Shown one piece after another: positions 37,976 to 51,019 of a DNA stretch of 64,000 nt. Location of the stretch: positions 1 to 64,000 of the forward strand of contig JAAOMT010000352.1 of NCBI GenBank assembly GCA_016748015.1. Reading direction: 5' to 3'. The DNA is from Geosiphon pyriformis uo1. Taxonomy: Eukaryota > Fungi > Glomeromycota. The notes beneath the pieces were generated by a model. That model did no database searches. It was not told the DNA's origin and worked only from the letters and a program-made list of their open reading frames with translations. Within the stretch, counting starts at the first letter, position 1. Every line of letters begins with the position of its first letter. A program made the translations under genes and the position numbers.

Positions 37976-40882
37976 AAGTAATATATTAGTAAATATAAAA
38001 AAAAAACAATTAACCAAAAAAAATTAATTTTAATAGTCAGCCAATTTTTATTTTATTATATAATCAGTATATAGTAAAATAACCAGAAAAATTAAGAATT
38101 AATCTTAAATTTTTAAAGTAGAACCAACTATTTATAAATCAAAAAAAATTGCCATTACTAATTTTTATTTATTAATAAAAAATTATAAACATATTAGAAT
38201 TTTAATTCACAATACAACAAAAGATTCAATAAAATTATTAATAAAAACTATTATTGAATACTTAAATATAGAAATTGAAAATCAACTACTAATTACTGTT
38301 TTAGACTTTTTACAACTGTATAAATATATGAATATTATATTACAAATTAGTTACAAAAAACAAAAATATTATTTGTTATAACCAAAACAATTAGAACAAA
38401 TAAACTTAAAAAATCTAAATCTATTCTAACAAATGCAAATTAAACTGTTATTTAACAACTTTGCAAATATCTTTACAAGTAAGAATTAATTTAAAAAAAC
38501 TGAAATTATTCAGCATTAAATAAAAACTAGAGATATAATGCTAATTAAACAGAAAACATATAAAATATTATCTGTTAACTATGAAATTATTTAACAGAAA
38601 ATCAATTAAATATAAAACAATAAGTTAATTTAACTATTTATAAGTCTATATTTATTACCAATTGTTTTAGTAAGAAAAAAAATGGAAAAATTTGCTTTTG
38701 TGTAGATTACTAAAAACTTAATAATATTATTTAAAATAACAATTATCCAATTTTACATATTTAAGAATTGTATAATGCTTTTAGTAGAAAGAAATAATTC
38801 TTAATATTAAACTTAAATAGTAGTTATTAACAAGTAGTCATAAATTCAAATAAAAAAAAATGGCATTTATCATAAAAGAAAAAAATTTTAAATTTGATGT
38901 TATGTTTTTTGGCTTAATTAATATACCAGCTATTTTTTAATAGTTAATAGAAATTATTTATATAAAAATATTGTAAAAATTAATAGTTATATACTTAAAT
39001 AACACAAATATATTTTCCAAACTATTTGATAATTATTTCTATTATCTTTAATAAGTATTTAAAAAATTAAAAAGCCAAATTAAAGTTAAATACAGCCAAA
39101 TGCTTTTTGAAAAGACAGAGCTTAAGTTTTTAAAATATGTTATTAGTAAAAACAACATTAAAACAGATTCAAAAAAAATTGAAAAAGTTAAAAACTTTTT
39201 AGTATCAACAAATTTTACAAAACTAAAAACATTTTTAAAATTTACTGAATATTATTGCCACTTTATTTACAACTTTTCTAAACTGGCTTAATTATTGTAT
39301 TAGCTTTAAACAAAGAACACAAAATATAAATAAACTAAACAACAATGAAAAGTTTTTAATACATTAAGAAAAAAACTTGTTCAAGCTTTAGTATTAATCT
39401 ATTTAGATTATAATAATTATTTATTATTACAACAAATACATCAAACCAAGCATTGAAAACAATTTTATTTTAATAAAAATCTAATAAATAAGAACATCTA
39501 GTAATATATATTAGCCAAAGCTTAAGTTTAACTAAAAAAAATTATAATACTCTAATATTAGAATATTTAATTATTTACTAAACTGTAATAAAATAAAATA
39601 AATACTTAAATCAAAAATTTGACATATATATAAACCACAAAAAATTGTTATTAATTTAAAAACAAAAATTTAGAGATAATTATTACTATTTAATTATACA
39701 GTACATTATAAAAAAGAAAAAAAAATGAAAATACTAATGGTTTATTTAGAATAAAACAAATTTAAAGATATTTTAATATTAAAAAATAAGTTAAAAAATA
39801 AATATATAAAAATACTAATAACTCTAATATTATACCAATACTTAATAGTTTAAAGAAAAATTATTTCAGAATAAACAAAACAATATAAAACAACAATCAA
39901 AATATTTTATTACTTACCAAAATATATTATATTGAAAAAATAAAAAAAGTTAAACCAACTACTTAAAGTAGTTACAGAACCAAAAAAAAAGACAATACTA
40001 TTTAACATATATTTAGAATCAACAATAAAATATTTTTATAAAGAATTTATTAAAAAAACCAAAAAATAATAATATTGGCCATTAATGTATTCAAATATTA
40101 TTTAATATGTTCAAAATTGTAATGTTTGTTAAAGAAAAAAGAAATAAAACTTGGTAAACTATTAAAATCAATTAAGATAAAACAACTATTTAATTGAATT
40201 AGAATCAACTTAGTAAAATTATTAACAATTATTAGTAGAGGCAACAGATATATAATAGTAATAATAAATTATTTTATTAAATAGCCAGAAGCTAAAGCTA
40301 TTTAAAAAGCCAATACAAAAACAGTAATAAAATTTGTGTACCAAATACTAATTTGTTATTATAAATATCCAAAAAATTTATTATTAGATCAGAGAACTTA
40401 CTTTTTAAACCAAATTTTATCAGAATTAAATCAAAGATTTGGAATAAAAAGACTACTATTATTATTATATTATTTATAAACAAATAGCTTAATTAAAAAA
40501 TTTAACAAAATATTATATAAAACAATAGTCAAAATGAGCCAAAAAAATCAAAATAAATAAAACTTGTTTATATTATAAATATTATTTGCTTATTAAACAA
40601 CAAAGCAAAATACAATTTAAGTAATACTATTTAAATTAGTTTATAATAAAACAGCAATACTACTAGTTGAGATAGATATTCAAATATATTTAGCCAAACC
40701 AATAACAGAAGCTAATTTTTAAGCAATATTATTATAAAAAACATATAACTTAATGAAAAGACTAAAAAATAAATAAAAAAATACAGCTAATAATATTTAA
40801 AAATTACAAAAAAACAAAAAAAAATAACATAATAACTAGTTATCAAATAAACTAATTGAATTCAAAATTGAAAACAAAGTAT

Positions 40883-41574
40883 TATTACAGTTGAAACCCA
40901 TACTTTTTATTATTTATTACATATATTAGCCATTAATGTCATATAATTACCCACCCTATTTTTAGATAGTAATCATTGACCTAATCAATAATCTGACCAT
41001 TGACTTAATTATTGATCTGATTATTGACCTAATTATTGACCACTTTTGATAGCTATATAAGTAATAAATCTCTTAACTATAGAAATACATGTCAAAAATC
41101 AAAAAAATTAAATAAATAAAATAACAACTTTCATCTTAATCCTTCTTTTATCACTAATTTCTTTTTTCCTACTTTCAAGTATCTGAACATCTTAAGATAA
41201 AAGATTACTTATTGGTTATTCTCTATCTTTTTTCTGAAACATGTAATTATAGCATTTAAAGATTATTAAATAAAATATGACTAAAGAGTATATCTGATAC
41301 CTAATATTAAATTCTAAAAGCACTAACATAAGACATAAAATTATACCAGTATGTGATCATTTGTTAACAGTACAGACTATTCTTCTACCTTTAGATTCTT
41401 CAGTTATCTTTTGAAAAGTATAGCAACTGAGATATTTTATGAAACTGATTTTATATATTGAATCCATACTTATTTAATTTGCTCTTTAAAGTTGAATTCC
41501 CTTTAATTCTTTTTATTACTTTACAATTCTGTTCTTCCTTGCTATCTGTTAACTTGTTACTCCAACTTGTAACA
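40883..41574 (+). repeat. Gy-A LTR (692 bp)
   Basis: tattacagttgaaac...tgtaaca, followed by PBS. Confidence 0.9.
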
Positions 41575-41648
41575 TAAAAGTGATGCTCTTTGTAAGGTTG
41601 TCAAAATCCACTTTGTTTTCTATTATATGGATGATTATTTATATCTGC

Positions 41649-42509
41649 TGTTACAGATGTTTATTTGGGGTCTTAAATCAAATAACAAACCCATAACTTA
41701 GTGCTAATTTGCTTGATGATATTGATAATACTGGGAGATTGTTTGTATTTGAAGGTTTTGGTAATCTGAAGATTTTGTGGTTGAGTTTTTTGTATAATAG
41801 ACAGAGATTCAGTTGTGTTTTTAGTAGCTTCCCAGAATCGTAATTCCATTTAATTTCTTTCTTAGCTTGGCATATCCTTCTGGTAAGCTATCTATTAATA
41901 TATATATAATGTTATCTTTATTTCTGAGTCTTTTACCAGACTATTCGTGATGTTAATAACTCAGCACTTAATTCTTAATTAATTAGTAATAACAAGAAAA
42001 TAACAAAAGAAAAGAAATAAAACAAAGAAATAAAGAAATAAGCCAAGACAATAAGTGTTAGTATTCTGTTAATAGTCGTGATTAAGAGCTATTGTTCCAG
42101 TGTAGTTAAGTATTAGTTACTATCAACATGAAGTGTTGATAGTGGAAAATGGATTGAGATAGCAAATAATTATTTATTAATATTTGTGGATGAAAAGGTT
42201 GTTTAGATTAAATCTAAACTGAGAGATCTGTTTTTTCTACTTCTAATACTACCACTATATATATATAATTGAGATTTTTCAATTTTTCAATTTTTCACAC
42301 CAGGAATCCTAGAATTCCTGGAATCCTGCAATTTCTTTGAGAGAAATTCTGGAATTCTGGAATTCTGTGATTCTTTGTACAAGAATCCTGTAATTTCTAG
42401 AATCTTGTAATTTCTCTAAGAAGAATCCTGAAATTTCACATTTACTATATTTACCTCTGATTAACTAATTTAGATATACTAATATTTTTCCTATATTCTA
42501 TGAATAACA
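41649..42509 (-). repeat. Gy-B solo LTR (861 bp) inserted a few codons into Gy-A gag
   Basis: TGTTACA...TAACA termini; exact TSD ctgc (41645-41648 / 42510-42513); empty sites visible at ~5195 and ~46775; 9-mer repeats 42300-42435. Confidence 0.93.
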
Positions 42510-45500
42510 CTGCCACAACAATTAGAAGAATACTTTGAAGCACACAACAAAAACAATCTAGACTTTATTGAAATTAATTCTTTGTTTTCCTGCTTGATCT
42601 GCTTTTTTATTAAAGAACAATCTAGTAGACAATTCCAAAATTTTTAGAACTGGTTTCTGAATAAGTATTTAACTGAAACCTACACAGCTTATACAACTTA
42701 TTACTTTGATCAAACTTATTTTGAAGACAACTTTAAAAAAAAAAACAACAGTATTAATCAGCTTTTATATTCTACAACTTTTGAACAACAGCTCTCTAAT
42801 TTTGAATACTTAAATCACCAAATTCATATTTGAATTGCTGCCTATTAACTAGCTAAAACACTCTTTGAAACAGAAGAAGAAAGCTATCAAACTGCCCTTG
42901 TTTTTGATCTTTTCTTAAGTGAATCAGAACATTTTACACAAACAATTACTTCTAAACCAATGGCTAATAACTCTATGCAACAAAACATTCTGATTGCCCT
43001 TCAAGACATACAAACTGTTTTAGAGTAAAGAAACAATACCCCATTATCATTATTTAGAAGTAATGCACAAAATCCAATTGAATAGTTAGATGACTTTAAA
43101 AAAGCTGTTATAGTTAACCAATATGATAATGAATACAAATTTCAAATCATTGGTGGCTATCTTTAAGACTCTCTTGCTACTTGGTTCTTACAAAAAACCA
43201 ATGCCAATGCTTAGCAAAGAATCATTAGATGGATACCAGCAAATGCTGGAGAAAACAACACTTCTTTTACTATTTAGTTTGAAATAAAATTTAGAACTTC
43301 TATTTTGATATCCAAATGGTACATAAAATTAGAAAAAAAAACCCAAGGTGCTGGTAAAGTTGTAACTAAATATGCCAAAGCAATCAGAAAGTTAATTAAG
43401 CAAGTAAACTCTGTAAAAAACTGGACAGAAAAACAGAAAATTTATTTTTTTACAAAAGAATTAAGAACTTATTTTTTATATGTTTTTTGGCCCTTTCTGG
43501 TCCTGAAAAATAATTCTACAATAGATATGACTATTAAACTTGCCCAGAAAATAGAAAACAATCAAAGAATGCACCTAGAATCCACACTTCCAGTTTTTGT
43601 TTCTGCTCTTATTATGACTTCTGTTCTTTACATGGCTATTACCTTTTTTGCTATCCAAACTCAAGACCCAAATAAACAATTAATAGATAGACTTACAGCC
43701 AATTTTGCCCAGTTACTGGAATCTTTAGCTCAAGCAGTCAGAGATAATTAGCAATTATAAAGACCCAAATTTGAATCCTGTTTTAATTAATCTTAGCAAT
43801 CTTCTTATTAAAGACAACAAAATCATGGCTCATCTGTATGTTATCACTATAAATTAATTGAACATTTCTTTAGAAATTGCAACAATTTTCTTCTGCCTCT
43901 TCCAGCTCCTAGAAATAATGATAATCAAAACAACAGAATCAACAACAACAGTATCCCCAATCATGCCAACATCAATTTTTTTGGAAAAAATTCTCTAGTT
44001 AAAGCCAATATTTATTAGCCTTTAAACTGATAAGTGTACCTCCAAAAAGTAAAAGTACAAGCTAACCAGAAGAAAATCTCTTTTTTGCTTTTAACCTAAC
44101 TGATGATAACTATGACATAGATGAACTAGCAATCAATACCTCTGAATTAACAAAAAAGAAAAAAAAAGCCAAGGTTGATTTCATTCTGAATCCAAACAAA
44201 ACATCCACATTAACTGTTGATAACAATAAGCCATCAAAGACTAAAGTTTTTAAAAATCTTTCAAAGTTAAAATCTTCAGAAATTATACAAAAATTTGGTT
44301 CTTATTCCATTGTTAAAAATTTTATGGAAATCTCAGCTCACATTACTTTTGGCCAGTTAATAACCCATTCACAATTCAGAAAAGATTTTTGCAAATCTTT
44401 GATTCTAAAGAAAAAGACATCAAAAACCAATAAACACTTTTAACAAGCTGAATTTACTAACAATAATAATGTTACTTCTCTAATTTGGAAAGCCCAAGTG
44501 GCTGGTTATTTTATTAACTTGATCTTAAACAGTAGATTATCTGTAAGTGTAATTGCTAAATACTTTCTGGAAGCCATTGGTAAAAAAATTAATAAACTCT
44601 CAATCAGACCAATAACCAATATGCATGATAACAAAAAAAAAGAGCTTGGTATAGCCAAAGCTGTTCCTGTCTACATCAATGGCATCAGCATTAAGACTAA
44701 CATAAAAGTATCTAAAACAAAAGAATACACTATTATTGTTAATAATGAATGGCTTAAAAAGACAAAAGTTTTGCTTAATTATAAACTTTGTGAGCTAACC
44801 ATTAGATGTAATGAAAAACTTATTGTGGTTAAATGTCATCATTGGACAACTTCTTTAGTACCCAAGCAGAATCAAAAAAATGAGCAATCAGATAAATCAG
44901 ATAATAAAGAAAACAATGAAAAAGATCAAAAAGAGCAAAAAAAAACTGCTAAATTCACTTATACTATCTTTACCAGCAATAGCAAGCCACTAGATAATGT
45001 TAAAGCTAACAGAAAAAAAATTATGGTAAATGGCAAGCTGATCTGCTGGTTTTACTATAACATATTCAGAAAAACCTTTGACAGAAAACCTAATAAGAAA
45101 GCCAAATACAACTATTGGTGGCATGGTCTTTGTGTCAGATGCTAGTGCAATAAACCTTTATATTCTTTTAATAATGAATATAAGTCTTGTCTAATTTATT
45201 ACAAAGACTGAGAGCCAATTAATTTGATACTCAAAAAAAAACTAAGAGAAGTACAAAAATCCTTTAAGAATAAACCACTTGAAATCCAATTACTTGTAAT
45301 AGAACAAAAAAAACTCTCCCCTAAAGAAAAAAAAGTAGACATTGAAAATCTGTTGGCTAGAAATAGCCCAGTTATTTTAAAAGAAAGTAACACCTTTGGA
45401 CAAATCCATGTAATACAACACACTATTATCATCAGAGAAACTTGTCTTATCTATTTAAAGTCTTATTAATCCAATTGGCACAATGATAAGTTTATTAAAA

Positions 45501-45915
45501 AAGAAATAATCCAAATGAAAAATTTTGGATTTATACAAAAAACCAAAAATAAATGGGCTTTCCCAGTTGTAATGGTATTCAAAAAAGGTAGAATTCTACA
45601 CTTTTGTGTTGATTACTGCCAATTAAATATTATTACTATAAGAGATATATACTTATTCTCCAAAATTAATACAATACTAAACAAATTCAATAGCACTGCT
45701 TTTTTTTTAATTATTGACTTAACTGCTGAATTTTGGCAAGTAGAGATAAATTCAAAAAGTAAAAAGAAAACTGCTTTTATTACCAAGTATAACATCTACG
45801 AATTTACAATTATGTCTTTTAGTCTTACCAATGCTTTTTCTATTTTTTAACACCTAATGACCAAAGTATTTGAATCAGTAAAAGAAAACTTTGTTCTGGT
45901 CTACTTGAATAATAT

Positions 45916-46707
45916 TATTATAATTGAAATTCATACTTTTTATTAATTATTACATGTATTAGCCACTGATATCATATAATTAGCCATCTTATTTTTAGAT
46001 AGTGATTATTGACTTAATCAATGACCTAACTGTTGATCTGATTATTGACCTAATTATTAATCTGATCAATGACTTGATCATTGACTTGATTATTGACCTG
46101 ATCATTGACCTAGTCATTAATCTGATCATTGATTTAGTCATTAATTTGATTATTGATTACTTTTGATAGCTATATAAACAATGAATTTTTTAGCTGTAGA
46201 AAAGCATGTCAAAAATACAAGGCATATCAGAAATCAAGAAAATTAAATAAATAAAATGACAACTTTTATCTCAATTCTTTTCTTATTGCTAATTTTTTTT
46301 CCTTATCTTTAAGTATCCAAATATTTTGGGATAAAAGATCACTTGTTGGTTATTCTTTACCCTTTTTCTGAAAACATGTAATTGTAGCATTTGAAAATTA
46401 TTGAATAGAACATGACTGAAGAGTACATCTGATATCTGATATTGAAAATTAAGAGTGCTAATATGAGACATAGAATTATAATAGGTGTGATCATATGTTG
46501 ACAGTACAGACTATCCTTCTATTTTCAGATTCTCAGTTATTTTTTAAAAAGTATAATAACTGAGATATTTTATGAAACTAATCTTGCATATTAAATCTAT
46601 ACTCATTTAATTCGCTTTTTGAAGTTGAATTCTCTTTGATTTCTTTTATTACCCTACAATCCTGTTTTTCTTTGCTATCCATTAGCTTGTTACTTTAACT
46701 CATAACA
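45916..46707 (+). repeat. Gy-A LTR (792 bp, longer 12-mer array)
   Basis: Interrupts the upstream RT right after YLNN; followed by taaaag + PBS tggtgttttttgtaaag. Confidence 0.9.
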
Positions 46708-46757
46708 TAAAAGTGGTGTTTTTTGTAAAGTTGTCAAAATCCACTTTGTTTTTTATT

Positions 46758-48274
46758 ATATAAGTGATTATTCATACTTGTTACAACAATCAGAAGAACA
46801 CTTTGAAGCACACAATAAAAATGATCTAGACTTTATTAAACTCAATCCTTTGCCTTTCTGCTTTGATTTGCTTCTCCATTGAAAAACAATCTAGTAGACA
46901 ATTTCAAGACTTTTAGAACTGGTTTTTAAATAAGCATTTAACTAAAACCTATACAGTCTATACAATTTATTACTTTGATTAAGCTTATCTTGAAGACAAC
47001 TTTGAAGAAAGAAACAACAGTATCAATCAACTTTTATATTCCACAATTTTTAAACAACAGTCTCTTAATTCTGAATACCTAAATTACCAAATTCACATTT
47101 GAATTGCTGTCTATCAGCTAGCTAAAACATCTTTTGAAACAGAAGAAGAAAGCTATTAAACTGCTTCTGTTTTTGATCTCTTTTTAAGTAAATTAGAATA
47201 TTTCACACAAACAGTTACTTCTGAACCAATGGCTAATGACAAACTGCTTTAGGGCAAAGAAATAATACCCCATTACTATTATTCAGAGATAATACACAAA
47301 ATCCAATTGAATAGTTGGATAACTTTGAAAGAGCTGTCACAGCCAACCAATATAATAATGAATACAAATTTCAAATTATTGGTGGCTATCTTCAAGGCTT
47401 TTTTGCTATTTGGTTCTCATAAAAAACCAATGCCAATGCTCAGCAAAGAATTATTAGATGGACATTAGCAAATACTGGAGAAAATAACACCTCTTTTACT
47501 ATTTGGTTTGAAATAAAATTTAGAACTATTATCTTAATATCTAAATGACACATGGAATTAGAAAAAAAAACTCAAGACTCTGGTAAAGTTGTAACTGAAT
47601 ATGCCAAAGCAATCAGAAAGTTAATTAAGCAGGTAGACTCTAAAAAAAACTGGACAAAAAAGCAGAAAACTTATTTCTTTACAAAAAAATTGAGAATTGA
47701 TCTCTCATATGTTCTTTAATCCCTTCTGGCTTTGAAAGACAATTTCATAATAGATATGGTCATTGAATTAGCCCAATAAATTGAAGACAAGCAAAGAATA
47801 CACTTGGAATGCACACTTCCAGTTTTTATTTCTGCTCCTGTCATGACTCTTGTTTTTCATATGGCCACTATTTTTTTTGCTGTCTAAACTCCAAATTTCA
47901 ATGAACAATTGATAGATAAACTCACAGTCAATCTTGTCTGGCTATTAGAACCATTAGCCCAAGCAGTCAGAAATAATCTACAATTCCAAAGACCCAGATA
48001 TGAACTCTGTTTTAATTAATTTCAGCAATCCCCTTATCAAAGACAACAAAATCATGGCCCACTTGTGTGTTATTACTGTGGATTAACTGAACATTTCTCC
48101 AAAGATTACAACAATCCTCTTTTACCTCTTCCAGCTCCTAGAAACAATGACAATTAAAACAACAAAACTATCAACAATAATGTACTCAATCAAAAATCCA
48201 ATCATGTCAACATTAATTTCTTTGGAGAAGATTTCTTAGTTGAAATTATTGTTTATCAGCCTTTAAACTGATAG
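46758..48274 (+). pseudogene. Gy-A gag (capsid plus CCHC knuckle)
   Basis: LFRDNTQNPIE*LDNFERAVTANQY; VTEYAKAIRKLIKQV; VCYYCGLTEHFSKDY; ends UUUAAAC-UGA-UAG. Confidence 0.85.
48262..48268 (+). promoter_or_regulatory. -1 ribosomal frameshift heptamer U UUA AAC at the gag/pol junction (second copy 44021-44027)
   Basis: Correct X XXY YYZ phase in the gag frame, immediately followed by stops; the -1 frame is open into the protease ORF 48358-49056. Confidence 0.8.
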
Positions 48275-50959
48275 GCACACCTCAGAAAAGTAAAAGTGCA
48301 AGCCAACCAGAAAAAAACCTCTTTTATGCTTTTAATTTAACTAATAATGACCATAACATGAATGAACTAGCAATCAACACTTCTGAATCAACAAGAAAAA
48401 AAAAGAAAGCCAAGGTTGATTTTGTTCTGGACTTAAACAAAGCATCCACATCAACTGCTAATAACAATAAGCCACTAAAGGCTAAAGTTTTTAAAAATTT
48501 TTCAAAGCTGGAACCTCCAGAAATTATACAAAAATCTGGTCCTTATTTTATTGTTAAAGATCTTATAGAAACCCCAGCTTACATCATCTTTGACCAGTTA
48601 ATGACCCATTTACAATTCAGAAAAAACTTTTACAAATCCTTGATCCCAAAGAAAAAGACATTAAAAACCAACAAGTGTCCTTGCCAAGCTGAACTTACTG
48701 ACAACAGTAATATTATTCCTCTGATTTGCAAAGTCCAAGTGGCTGACTACTTTATTGATTTAATTCTAGACAGTAGATCATCTGTTAGTGTAATTGTCAA
48801 ACACTTTTTAAAAGCTATTGGAAAAAAGATTGATGAACTTTCAACCAGACCAATAACCAATGTGCATGATAATAAAAAGAAAGGGCTTGGTATAGCCAAA
48901 GCTGTTTCTGTTTGTATTAATAACATTAGCATTGAAACTGACATGGAAATATCTGAAGCAAAAGAATACACCATAATTGTTGGCAATAAGTGGTTTAAAA
49001 AAGCCAAAGCACTACTTGACTATAAATCTTGTGAACTAATTATCAGATATAGTTAGAAACCTATTGTGGTTAAGTGCTATGATTGGACAACTCCTCCAGT
49101 AACTAAGCAAAACCAAGAAGAAAAACAATTAAATAAATCAAATAATGATGAGAGTAATAAAGAAGAAGATTAAAAAAAACAAAAAGAAACTGCTGAACTT
49201 ACTTATACTATCTTCACCAGCAATGGCAAGCCACTAGACAATATTAAAGCTGACAAAAAAAGAATTATGGTAAATGACAAGCTAATCTGATGGCCTTACT
49301 ATGATATCCTCAAAGGAACCTTTGATAGAAAACCTGGCAAAAAAACCAAATACAGCTATTAATAGCATAGTCCTTGTGTCAGGTGCTGGTGTAATAAATC
49401 TTTGTATTTTTCTAGTAATAAATACAAGTTCTGTCTGATCTATTACAAAGATTGAGAGCCAATTAGTTTGATACTCAGAGAAGAACTAAAAGAAGTACAG
49501 AAGTCTTTTAAGAATAAACCACCTGAAATCCAATCATTAGTTGTAAAACAAAAAGAACTTTCTCTTGAAGAAAAAAAAATAGATATTGAAAATCTGTTGG
49601 CTAGAAATAGCCCAATTATCTCAAAAGAAGGTAATACTCCTAGATAAACCCATATAATACAACACACTATTACCACCAAAGAAACTCATCCAATCTATTT
49701 GAAATCTTATCAATCCAATCAATACAATGATAAATTCATCAAAAAAGAGATAACCCGAATGAAAAATCTTGAATTCATACAAAAAACCAAAAGTGAATGG
49801 GCTTTTCTAGTTGTAGTAATATCCAAAAAAAATGGAATCCTACATTTTTGTGTTGACTACTGCCAATTAAATGTCATCACTATAAGAAACATGTACTCAC
49901 TCCTCAAAATTGATGCAATATTAGATAAATTCAATGATGCTGCTTTCTTCTTAACCATTAACTTAACTGCTGGATTTTGGCAAGTAGAGATAGATCCAGA
50001 AAGTAGAAAGAAAACTGCTTTTATTATCAAGTATGGCACTTATGAATTCACAGTCATGCTTTTTGGTCTCATCAATACTCCTCCTATCTTTCAATGCCTA
50101 ATGAACAAAGTGTTTGAATTAGTAAAAGAAAACTTTGTTTTGGTCTATTTAAATAACATAATGGTATACTCAAAAATCTGGGATGAATATTTTGAACACT
50201 TGCAAAAGGTTTTTAATCTTCTTAGAAATGCTAGTCTTAAAATAAATTCAATTAAATCTTTTTTTGGATGACAATCCACCCAATTTTTTGGTCATTTTAT
50301 TACAAAAGATGGAATCTTCCTTGATCCAGCCAAAGTTGCAAAAAGTTTAAAACATCAGACAACCAATAAATGTTTCTAAACTATACTTTTTCCTTGGTTT
50401 GGCTTCTTATTATTACAAATTTATCAAGAATTTTTCCAAAATCACCTTCCCTTTCAATCAACTACTCAGGAAAAATGTTAATTATTACTAAGGCACATAT
50501 CAGCAAAAAGCTTTTGAAATTCTGAAGGAAAAACTTGTTACTAAACCAATTCTTAAACAACTTGATTTGAACCAATCTTTTATTCTGTACACTAATACAT
50601 CTGGCTATGGACTTGGTGCTGTTTTTTCACAAAAAAATGAAAATAGCAGAGAACATATTATAACATATGTCAATAAAACTCACACATCAGCAGAAAAGAA
50701 CTATTCAATTACTGAACAAGAATGCTTAGCAGTAGTATAAACTACTAGTTACTAAGATCAATATCTTCTTAGTGTAAAATTTTTAGTGATAACAGATCAT
50801 TAAGCCTTGGTTTGGCTATGTAACAAAAAAAAGCTGGAACATAAACAGATAACTTGCTGAATATTCTATTTGGATGAATTTGACTATAACATTCAATATT
50901 ACAAAGAAGCAAATCATCAAAATACCAATGCTTTCTTTAGACTTATCATCCAGTAATAG
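48269..50959 (+). pseudogene. Gy-A pol: aspartic protease, acidic/Cys-rich insert, RT, RNase H; ends at TAATAG
   Basis: LILDSRSSVSVI (DSG motif); CVDYCQLN, YEFTVMLFGLINTP, VYLNN; YTNTSGYGLGAV, EQECLAVV, ITDH, NTNAFFR. Confidence 0.9.
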
Positions 50960-51019
50960 TATAAATTTCCAACCAAACCAACTTAATTATTAGTAACTTT
51001 CTTACAAACAAAAATGATA

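Noticed and set aside
46289-46471. Antisense ORF in the Gy-A LTR and other short antisense ORFs over pol/LINE
   Set aside because: Not consistently open in homologous copies and without recognisable motifs; shadows of the sense frames or chance.
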